A program made the translations under genes and the position numbers. A DNA stretch of 60,480 bases, taken from contig JBJHDK010000007.1 in NCBI GenBank assembly GCA_050486505.1, positions 1-60,480 of the forward strand. The letters are read 5' to 3'. Shown one piece after another: positions 50,346 to 60,480 of this stretch. The notes beneath the pieces are model-generated. The model did no database searches and had not been told where the DNA came from. It was given only the letters and a program-made list of their open reading frames with translations. Within the stretch, counting starts at the first letter, position 1. Every line of letters begins with the position of its first letter. This stretch comes from Fibrobacteria bacterium. GTDB lineage: Bacteria; Fibrobacterota; Fibrobacteria; UBA11236.

Positions 50346-51167
50346 TCAAAACGCCATGCTGATCCCCGTGATCCAGGCGAATTGCTGGGCCCAGTCCCCG
50401 CGTGTCGTCAACAGCTGTCCGAACTGCAGTTCCGTCAGCAGGTAGAGGGCCTTCACGTTCTCGCCCATCTCCGGCCTGATGCGCAGGATGTCGATGGCGA
50501 TGCCGGGCTGGGTGAGAAAGTTGACGGCCCGGTTCGGGTTGTCGATGCCTTGGGGAACCAGCAGGAAGTCGAGACGCTGTCCGAGCGTCGCCCCCGCATA
50601 GCGCGAGAACTTCCACCCGCCTCCCGCGGAAAGCCCCAGGCCGGCCCGGGTTTCGTCGAGGGGTTCTCGCAGATCGAGCGTGTCGGCCGTGCGGATCGAG
50701 AAGTTCACCGCGTCGACACCGAGCCGCATGCCCGCGAAGGCCGCCGCGTTGGGCCAGGCTTTGTGGATGCGTGCAAGCAGGAAGTAGCGGTTCTCGACAT
50801 CCTGCCGGTCTCCGGAAGGTTCACCCGCATTGATGCGGAAGCCGAACCCCCCCGAAATCCGATCCGTGTAGAAGTAGCCGACCTCGCCCTGCCACTGATA
50901 GAGCGGATCTTGCCAGGCTTGCGCCTTCGAAGCCGGGTCGATGTCCGTGGATCGGGAGCGCCCCCCCGCAAAGGAACCGTAAATGCCGCGATAGAGATAC
51001 ATGCCCGCGTTGGGGTAGGGGATGGACACTTCAACGCGGGTGGGTTTCGGAAGCGCGTCGCGCAAGGTCTGGGCTTGCGCCGCCGTATATCCGCCGGCGG
51101 CCAGGAGCGCACATGCCGACAGCAGGTTCCGCAGGGATCGGAGCAGGACGCGCGGCGCGGTGGGCAT
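50346..51167 (-). CDS. Small outer-membrane beta-barrel-like protein
   Basis: Signal peptide ...AAQA, alternating beta strands, C-terminal ISMAF. Confidence 0.65.
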   Translation of the reverse strand: MPTAPRVLLRSLRNLLSACALLAAGGYTAAQAQTLRDALPKPTRVEVSIPYPNAGMYLYRGIYGSFAGGRSRSTDIDPASKAQAWQDPLYQWQGEVGYFYTDRISGGFGFRINAGEPSGDRQDVENRYFLLARIHKAWPNAAAFAGMRLGVDAVNFSIRTADTLDLREPLDETRAGLGLSAGGGWKFSRYAGATLGQRLDFLLVPQGIDNPNRAVNFLTQPGIAIDILRIRPEMGENVKALYLLTELQFGQLLTTRGDWAQQFAWITGISMAF

Positions 51168-51339
51168 TGCGTCAAGGTACATTCGGGACGCCCTCGAGAG
51201 CCGCGCCTCGCGCGCTTCGGACGAGAGGCCTTCCCGTATCCCCGGAACGCCGCGGGCATACCGGGAGTCCCCCACGTTCTATCTTTCCCCGCTTCCGTGT
51301 CTGCTATCGGCAGGTCCGGTTGCACCGCGAAACGACGGG

Positions 51340-51423
51340 GCCCGAGTGGCGGAATTGGTAGACGCTGAGGACTTAAAATCCTTTGGCCGCAAGGCCGTAC
51401 GAGTTCAAGTCTCGTCTTGGGCA
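51340..51423 (+). tRNA. tRNA-Leu (anticodon TAA), CCA not encoded
   Basis: GCCCGAG/CTTGGGC acceptor stem, TGGCGGAATTGGTAGAC D-arm, anticodon 51374-51376, long variable arm, GTTCAAGTC. Confidence 0.96.
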
Positions 51424-51469
51424 CTCCCGCGATTTCGCGGCGTCATCGTGGAAGGGATCGAATCGGAAA

Positions 51470-52039
51470 ATGCTGACACCCGCAATTTTTCTTGACCGCG
51501 ACGGCACCTTGCACGAAGACGTGGCCTACATGACCGATTTCGCCGACTTCAGGCCGTTGCCCGGGGTGGAAGAGGCCTTGCGCGTGATGCGGGGCAAGGG
51601 CTACCACCTGTTCGTGGCCACGAACCAAAGCGGAGTCGCGCGCGGGATGCTGACCCTCGCGCAGCTGGAAGCGCTGAACGCGAAAATCGGGGAATACTTC
51701 AGGGAGCGCGGGGCGGAGATCGAGGGGTTCGCCGTGTGTCCCCACCATCCCGAGGGAACGGTTCCCGAGTTCACCCGGGTGTGCGACTGCCGCAAGCCGG
51801 GCCCCGGGATGATTCTCGAGCTGGCGCGCCGCCACGATCTCGACCTGCCCCGCAGCTACATGGTCGGCGACATGCCGCGCGACGCCCTGGCGGGGCTGGC
51901 AGCGGGCACCGGGGCGGCGCTGGTTCCCCCCCGGCCCGGGGGTGTTTCGGAGCTTGACAACACCGGCCGTTTAAAGGAATTTGCAACCCTGTTGGCTTTC
52001 GCAAACAGCTTGAGAGGAGTGGATGCATCCCATGCCTAA
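51470..52039 (+). CDS. gmhB: D-glycero-D-manno-heptose bisphosphate phosphatase (HAD IIIA)
   Basis: FLDRDGT, TNQSGVARG, CPHHP, CDCRKPGPGM, MVGD. Confidence 0.9.
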   Translation: MLTPAIFLDRDGTLHEDVAYMTDFADFRPLPGVEEALRVMRGKGYHLFVATNQSGVARGMLTLAQLEALNAKIGEYFRERGAEIEGFAVCPHHPEGTVPEFTRVCDCRKPGPGMILELARRHDLDLPRSYMVGDMPRDALAGLAAGTGAALVPPRPGGVSELDNTGRLKEFATLLAFANSLRGVDASHA

Positions 52040-52466
52040 GGATGTAGCCCGGGAGGCTGATCTCCCCACACAGGACGAACTCAGAACCCTGAACCAGGAA
52101 TGGGAGGCGGGGAAGTTGGGCGGAATTTCCGCGCACCTGCTGGAGTTCGTCGAGCGCCATCGCTCCGAAATCCTCGCCTTGGCGAACCACAGTTATTCTC
52201 CCGAAGAATTGGTCGATGCAGTGCGGCGATGCGTGCGCCAACGCGGGTTCATCCATTTGCCCCTCGACATGGCCGACCAGATCCGCGAGATCAGCAACGA
52301 GATCTGGTACCATGGCGAGCGCGGCGACTTCAACCGCGCCAAGATCCAGGAAGAGTGGACCGTGAAGCACGCCAGCACGTGGCGTCGCTGGCGCGTGAAG
52401 CAGATCCTGTACGTGATCGACCGCCGCGCGTCCGATGTCGCCGCGGCGCTTTTGGCATCGCGGTGA
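52023..52466 (+). CDS. Hypothetical protein
   Basis: GAGGAG RBS; helical; EIWYHGER...EEWTVKHASTWRRW motif; family not assigned. Confidence 0.7.
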   Translation: MHPMPKDVAREADLPTQDELRTLNQEWEAGKLGGISAHLLEFVERHRSEILALANHSYSPEELVDAVRRCVRQRGFIHLPLDMADQIREISNEIWYHGERGDFNRAKIQEEWTVKHASTWRRWRVKQILYVIDRRASDVAAALLASR

Positions 52467-52504
52467 CCCTGTAAGGGCGAGCCATGGCTTGCCCTCACAG
52501 GGTC
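52465..52504. repeat. Degenerate GTAG-type REP
   Basis: GACCCTGTAAGGGCGAGCCATGGCTTGCCCTCACAGGGTC. Confidence 0.7.
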
Positions 52505-52581
52505 CCGTGACTCCCGTCACACCCCGCCGCGGCAGCCCTTGCTACCTTCCCCCTCCGCAGGTTTAATCCCCGGAGCCCCCC

Positions 52582-53247
52582 ATGCCTGAAACACCGCGCG
52601 AGCCGTCGCCCGACCGCCTCTTCGCATTCTTCGAGCGGCTCAAGACCATGAGCTCGATCCAGCGCTTCGGCACGCTGCCGATGATCCAGGGCGAGAACGT
52701 GGCGTCGCACAGCTTCAACGTGGCCATCCTCGCGCTGCTGACGGCCGACTACGAGGGCGAAGGCGCGGGCATCGACGTGGAAAAGGTGTTGCGCTCGGCC
52801 CTGCTGCACGATTTCGAGGAGACGATCCTCTCCGACATTCCCCACCCGATCAAACACCGCTTCCAGGGCGGCAAACTGGGCAAGGTGCTGAAGGACATCG
52901 TGCCCGACCTGGTGCGCGACGAGATCTTCAAGGAATTGCCCCAGCCCCTGCGCGATCGCTGCACGCGCGCGGCGCTCACGGCCAAGGAGGGCGTCGAAGG
53001 GCGCATCGTCGCGGCCGCCGACGCGATGGACATTTTGATGACCGCGTTGCGCGAGCTGAAGATGGGCAACCGTTACTTCCAGTCGATCTTCGATATCGGC
53101 TTGAAGTTGTTGTCGCAGTACGAGGACTTCAGGTTCGCGAAGCTGTTCGCCGAGAGCGCGCGCCGCTACCGCGAGCGCGACTACCATGCCGAGGCGCAGC
53201 CGACCTTCTCCGACGAGTTCGTCGATCCCGTGCGCGGGATGATGTAG
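52582..53247 (+). CDS. HD-domain hydrolase, YfbR-like 5'-deoxynucleotidase
   Basis: ENVASHSFNVA, ALLHDFEE..LSDIPHPIK, VAAAD. Confidence 0.85.
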   Translation: MPETPREPSPDRLFAFFERLKTMSSIQRFGTLPMIQGENVASHSFNVAILALLTADYEGEGAGIDVEKVLRSALLHDFEETILSDIPHPIKHRFQGGKLGKVLKDIVPDLVRDEIFKELPQPLRDRCTRAALTAKEGVEGRIVAAADAMDILMTALRELKMGNRYFQSIFDIGLKLLSQYEDFRFAKLFAESARRYRERDYHAEAQPTFSDEFVDPVRGMM

Positions 53248-53263
53248 GCACTCCGGCCCCCAC

Positions 53264-53297
53264 AAAAAAGAGCCCGGAATCTTGCGACTCCGGGCTC
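53264..53297 (-). terminator. Intrinsic terminator of ppdK
   Basis: A6-GAGCCCGGA...TCCGGGCTC between convergent genes. Confidence 0.75.
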
Positions 53298-53335
53298 CTT
53301 GAGTTCAGGCGCGGCCGGATTGCTCCGGCCATCCC

Positions 53336-56161
<2,826 letters not shown>

Positions 56162-56364
56162 GACCGGACTCCCTTTTGGATGATCCCGCGCGCGATGCCT
56201 GAATTTTTCCAAGGGCGCGCGGGTTGACGTGATTGAAACCGAGACGGCGCAATTTAGCAAAGACGGGCGGGGTCGAGAACGATTTCTCGGGGCGAAATCG
56301 TTGATTCTACGGGGAACTATGGGGGTAACCCCTGCGGGCGATTCTACGTCCCGGGGGCGCGGGG

Positions 56365-56408
56365 GTGACATTGTAGGGGCGAACAATTGTTCGCCCCTAC
56401 AATGTCAC
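56365..56408. repeat. GTAG-type REP, perfect 44-bp palindrome
   Basis: GTGACATTGTAGGGGCGAACAA|TTGTTCGCCCCTACAATGTCAC. Confidence 0.92.
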
Positions 56409-56411
56409 GAA

Positions 56412-57170
56412 TCAGACCTCCACCCCCACGTCGGTTCGCACGTCGGAGATCGAGAGGTTGTACAGCATGGTTTCCATTTCCAGGGCGATGGGGAAGAGCA
56501 CGTCCGATTCCAGCCTTTTGTGTTCCTCGTACTGCACGCTGAAGTCATCGAGCCGTTCCGCGAGCCGCGCGGCATGGGGGTCGCCGTTGTGGAAGGCGTG
56601 GGTGTCGCGCAGCCGCACGACGATGCGTCCGAACTGGCTGGGGCTCAATCCCGGGGAGTGGCACTTGCGATAGGCCACCGCCAGGCGCAGCGATCCGTCG
56701 GTGATCTCGGGGTTGACGCGCGGGTCGCGCAGGCTGGCCTCGTAGCGCAGCACGCGGGGGAAGAACAGCGACTCCTCGTTCGCGATCTCCTTGATCACGG
56801 CGGAGACCGCGCTCGCAAAGTCGTCGCGCAATTCGGCGATCTCGGGATCGAGCGAGTCCCAGTCGTCGAAGGCTTTGGCGATGCCGGGCAGCGCGTCGCT
56901 CAAGAAGTCGCGGTGGCGTTGCACGAGGTGGTCGGCGAGATGCGAGACGGGCAGGTCGTTCCAGCACGAGTCATCGCCCGGAACGGGCAGGGCCGCCGCC
57001 ATCGTGAGGAACTTGTCCAGCTTATTGGCGTTGCGGAACAGTTCGCGCAGCGGGGCGCCGGGACGCTCCCATGGTTCGGCGCCGAAGACGGCGAGGTTTT
57101 CGGCGAGTCGCGGGCGTTGGCGCAACGCGAGATGGACGGGGGTATAGTGCGAAATGTGCGGAGTATTCAT
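56412..57170 (-). CDS. Divergent RIC/YtfE-like hemerythrin-domain protein, copy 2
   Basis: WNDLPVSHLADHLVQRHRDFL..LP, NEESLFFP, EHKRLESDVLFP. Confidence 0.75.
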   Translation of the reverse strand: MNTPHISHYTPVHLALRQRPRLAENLAVFGAEPWERPGAPLRELFRNANKLDKFLTMAAALPVPGDDSCWNDLPVSHLADHLVQRHRDFLSDALPGIAKAFDDWDSLDPEIAELRDDFASAVSAVIKEIANEESLFFPRVLRYEASLRDPRVNPEITDGSLRLAVAYRKCHSPGLSPSQFGRIVVRLRDTHAFHNGDPHAARLAERLDDFSVQYEEHKRLESDVLFPIALEMETMLYNLSISDVRTDVGVEV

Positions 57171-57428
57171 GGGCGGCTCATTTATTCGGGGGGGACAAAG
57201 GTCCGGAACCCTTTTAACAAAGATTTGACAAATATACTGTCGATTTGGGAAACGCGCCGCTGCCCCGCGGGAGTTTTCAACAGCCGTCGATGCGCAATTT
57301 GGCAAAGACGTCGGCAAACAGCCCCTCAAAACACCCCGATTTCGGGCCCGAAACGCGCCGAAAATCAAGGGCCGCGAAATTCGCGCGTTTCGCCGGGGAA
57401 GACGTTGGAAATATGGGATTTAATGGGG

Positions 57429-58184
57429 TTATGCCAGCGCGCCGCTGCGGCGGCGGATGCCGGAGATGGAGAGGTTGTAGAGTGTTTTTTCCGTCTCCAT
57501 CGACATGGGGTAGAGCACGTCCGATTCCAGGCGCTCGTGCTCTTCGAACTGGGCGCGGAAGTCTTCGAGCCGCCCGATGAGCAGGTCCGCCCAGGGGTTA
57601 CCCTCCCGGGCGGCATGCGTGTCCTTGAGTCGCTCGACCAGTTGGCCCAGCCGTTCGGGGTTCAGGTCGGCCGTGTGGCTTTTGCGGTAGGCCACGGCGA
57701 CCCTGAGGGAGCCCCCGTTGAACTCCGGGTTGATCGAAGGGTCCCGCAGGCAGGCTTCGTAGCGCAGGACCCTGGGGAAGAAGTGGCTCTCCTCGTTTTC
57801 GACTTCGGAGCGCACCCCCTGCACGAAACGTTGGAAGTCTTCACGCAAATCGACGATTTCGGGATCCAGGGAGTCCCACTCGTGAAAGAATCCCGCGATG
57901 TCGGGGAGTGTGACCATGAAGAAATCGCGGTGGTTCTGGGTGAGGTAGTCAACGAGATGCGCGGCGGGCAGGTCGTTCCATCGGGAGTCGGGCGCCGGGA
58001 TGGGCATGCTGGCGGCTTCGGCCAGCATGCGCCCGAGCGTATCGTCGCGGACGACTTCGCGCAGCGGGCTGGCGGGGTGATCCCAAACCTCGCTGCCGGC
58101 CTTTTCAAGGCGAACGGCGAGCAGCGGCCTCAGGCGCAGGGCTTCCTGCACGGGGGTGTCCTCGGTAATCAGGTGGGTGATCAT
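57429..58184 (-). CDS. Divergent RIC/YtfE-like hemerythrin-domain protein, copy 1
   Basis: Close paralogue: WNDLPAAHLVDYLTQNHRDFF..LP, NEESHFFP, EHERLESDVLYP. Confidence 0.75.
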   Translation of the reverse strand: MITHLITEDTPVQEALRLRPLLAVRLEKAGSEVWDHPASPLREVVRDDTLGRMLAEAASMPIPAPDSRWNDLPAAHLVDYLTQNHRDFFMVTLPDIAGFFHEWDSLDPEIVDLREDFQRFVQGVRSEVENEESHFFPRVLRYEACLRDPSINPEFNGGSLRVAVAYRKSHTADLNPERLGQLVERLKDTHAAREGNPWADLLIGRLEDFRAQFEEHERLESDVLYPMSMETEKTLYNLSISGIRRRSGALA

Positions 58185-58336
58185 CGACGAATCCTTTTCT
58201 CGGGGGCGAAACGGAGCGCGGGTCGAAAATCGACCTCCCGTAACCTAATGTCGGAAAAGGATTTCCGCTGGCCGTCCCCGGGGAGGGGAGGGTGGGGGGA
58301 TCCCCTGAAAACCGCGTGTCAGGAGGGGGCACCCCC

Positions 58337-59494
58337 TTACTTCACCAAAAAACCGAGACGGGTCAAATTTTCGGAGACGGATTTTTTTTCGGCGGGGATT
58401 CCGGTGATGGTGAATCCCGTGAATTCGTGGCGCACCGGATAAGTTTTCCTCAACCCGTCGAAGGATGTTGAAAACTTGGGGTGGTCGAGGCAGGCGCGCA
58501 AACTCGCGTCGTCGCGGGCGATGTCGTAGGCGTGGCGCACGCAGAATCGCAGCGTGGTTTCCACCGTGTCGAGGTTGCGTCCCGTCGGCCGGATTTCGGG
58601 CTCTTCGGGCACGGGGTAGGTGACGGCGGATGCGGCTTCGAGGCCGAAGTGCGCGAGGAACGCCGCGTGGATTTGCGCGGTGCCGTTGAGCTTTCCCTGG
58701 ATCGAGTAGCCGGCGATGTGCGGGGTGGCGAGGTCGCAGCGCCGGATGAGTTCGGGGCTCACGTTCGGTTCGCCGGGGAAGACGTCGAGCACGAGGTGGC
58801 GGACCTTGCCCGCATCGTGCGCCGCAAGCAGGGCGCCCTCATCGATGACCTCTCCGCGCCCCATGTTCATCAGGACTTTCGGCGCGTCCCAGCCCGCGAA
58901 GAGGCCGGCGTTCACCATGTTCAGGGTGGGGTGGGGGCCGGACCGGGTCAACGGTGTGTGGAGGGTCACGATGTCGGCGCGCGCGGACAGCTCGCGCAAT
59001 GCCAGGAACCCGCCGGTCGGCGGGACGACGCCCGAGTCCGCGAGCGGGGGATCGCAGAGCAGAACGTTCAGCCCCAGCGCGGGGGCGATGGCGGCGACCT
59101 GTTTGCCGACGTTGCCGTAGCCGACAACGCCCACGGTTTTTCCCCGCAGTTCGAGGCCGTGGCGGCCGTGCAGGTGCAGCAGGGCGGCCACGAAGTACTC
59201 GGCCACCGAGCGGGCGTTGCAGCCGGGCGCGGCGGAGAATCCGATACCCTTCGCGCGGAGGTATTCCTGGTCGATGTGGTCGACGCCGATGGTGGCGGTG
59301 CCGACGAATTTGACGCGCGATCCTTCAAGGAGGTCGGCGTTGACCTTGGTGATCGAGCGGACGAGCAACGCGTCGGCGCTGCTGTTTCGCACATCCGCTG
59401 CCGTCAGCGTGCGGCCGTGGAAGGTGGTGACGGTGCCGTAGGCGCCGAAGACCTCGCGGCCCTGGGGGATGTTTTCGTCGATGAGGAGGTTCAT
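58337..59494 (-). CDS. pdxB: 4-phosphoerythronate dehydrogenase
   Basis: DENIP, LLVRSITKVN, GTATIGVDH, APGCNARSVAEY, TPHIAGYS.QGK, FDGLRKTYPVR. Confidence 0.95.
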   Translation of the reverse strand: MNLLIDENIPQGREVFGAYGTVTTFHGRTLTAADVRNSSADALLVRSITKVNADLLEGSRVKFVGTATIGVDHIDQEYLRAKGIGFSAAPGCNARSVAEYFVAALLHLHGRHGLELRGKTVGVVGYGNVGKQVAAIAPALGLNVLLCDPPLADSGVVPPTGGFLALRELSARADIVTLHTPLTRSGPHPTLNMVNAGLFAGWDAPKVLMNMGRGEVIDEGALLAAHDAGKVRHLVLDVFPGEPNVSPELIRRCDLATPHIAGYSIQGKLNGTAQIHAAFLAHFGLEAASAVTYPVPEEPEIRPTGRNLDTVETTLRFCVRHAYDIARDDASLRACLDHPKFSTSFDGLRKTYPVRHEFTGFTITGIPAEKKSVSENLTRLGFLVK

Positions 59495-59524
59495 GAAATA
59501 GGCAGTGTACAGTGGGAAGGGGGG

Positions 59525-60412
59525 TTAACCGAAAATGAATCGTACGACGCGCTTAAGTGGATGCTGAGCTACGCGCCGTTCTTGGCCGTGTGGAAAAATC
59601 TCAATCGGAAAGAATTGCTTTTGTTTGTGGAGCCATACCAAGTACCATGCAAACACAACTTCCCATGTATCACCGAGTACATCTGAATACGTGAGTGTGC
59701 CGTAGAGGCAAAACTCGGTTTCTCGAACAGAAGTTTGAGTACCATCAGGAAGCCTTCTTGCCTCAGGTAGAGATTTGTACTGCTCATAATTGGATGAGTA
59801 GAGCGCGACTACCACGTGCGACACTTCCGCTCCGGGGCTAATAGTCCATAACTCATCACTTGAATAATTATTGCGAGACATTCCACGAATCGCTTGAAGA
59901 TCCTCTTCGTCAATACGGGGCCGCTGTCCCTCAGCGCTGCGTGTTATGCCTTTTGTGGAGGCAGTGTACCAAACATCTCTGGCAGGTGTTCTTCCGTGAT
60001 TTCGAAAACTAGGGCTAATACGTAGAGACGCGGCTTGAAAAACGCTGTCAGAACTCTCATTACATCCTTCTTGATTAAGGGCTACGGTCAAGTAGGCACG
60101 CGACTCCCGCTTGGATTGGCCGCGAGCGACTCGAAAGGTTCCCCAACTAAGAAGGAATGCGAGGGCGGCAAAAAATGCGAGTACCCACGTTGCCCAAACC
60201 AGACGCTTCGTTGCGGATACAAGCTCCCTGTTTGCTTGCACCACATCAATATGGTGTTGATTACCTGATAGAAGGTTGGTTCCGGCGGCTTCCGAATGAA
60301 CTTCGGTCGTGGCAGTATCGACGATAATCGGTGTGTCAAGATCGGCAAGGCTGTCCGCGACGGAAGTCGAGGCGACCAGCAGGCCGAAAGACATTGCTAT
60401 GAAAAACTTCAT
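59525..60412 (-). CDS. AT-rich hypothetical membrane protein
   Basis: Signal plus one TM, RAYLTV, NHGRTPARDV, LYGTLTYSDV; codon usage unlike the backbone. Confidence 0.7.
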   Translation of the reverse strand: MKFFIAMSFGLLVASTSVADSLADLDTPIIVDTATTEVHSEAAGTNLLSGNQHHIDVVQANRELVSATKRLVWATWVLAFFAALAFLLSWGTFRVARGQSKRESRAYLTVALNQEGCNESSDSVFQAASLRISPSFRNHGRTPARDVWYTASTKGITRSAEGQRPRIDEEDLQAIRGMSRNNYSSDELWTISPGAEVSHVVVALYSSNYEQYKSLPEARRLPDGTQTSVRETEFCLYGTLTYSDVLGDTWEVVFAWYLVWLHKQKQFFPIEIFPHGQERRVAQHPLKRVVRFIFG

Positions 60413-60423
60413 CGGCTCCACTC

Positions 60424-60454
60424 CGTCACCCCGGCGAAGGCCGAGGTCCAGTCA
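60424..60454 (+). repeat. CGTC-type REP
   Basis: CGTCACCCCGGCGAAGGCCGAGGTCCAGTCA. Confidence 0.7.
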
Positions 60455-60480
60455 GCGCAGTATGGCCCACAACAAGCCCC

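Noticed and set aside
51340..51470. tRNA-Leu as an integration site
   Set aside because: No integrase and no duplicated tRNA 3' end seen; housekeeping genes follow directly
56229..58442. 737-aa plus-strand ORF with an internal repeat
   Set aside because: The repeat only mirrors the two minus-strand RIC-like paralogues

Overview
High-GC bacterial chromosomal segment, most likely Fibrobacterota (inferred from two TIGR02147-family genes and secreted enzymes with T9SS-like C-terminal tails). All family calls are by eye from motifs; no searches were run. The housekeeping backbone includes dxr, rseP, purD, typA, ruvX, HU, comEC, argA, hemW, tamB/tamA, clpB, tRNA-Leu(UAA), gmhB, ppdK and pdxB. Accessory content: (1) five paralogues of an unannotated ~450-aa outer-membrane beta-barrel family in two tandem arrays (3 + 2 genes), each co-oriented with a secreted sugar-related enzyme (DUF1080 or ThuA) carrying a T9SS-type tail; (2) two tandem 'TIGR02147 regulator + surface lipoprotein' modules, each preceded by an identically spaced palindrome-plus-half-site motif with compensatory base changes, a candidate operator; (3) an intact IS3-family element between two apparently unrelated AT-rich gene fragments; (4) a tandem pair of divergent RIC/hemerythrin-like proteins; (5) many small intergenic elements (GTAG- and CGTC-type REPs, 7/8/9-bp periodic arrays forming hairpins). 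No CRISPR array, reverse transcriptase or prophage was seen.
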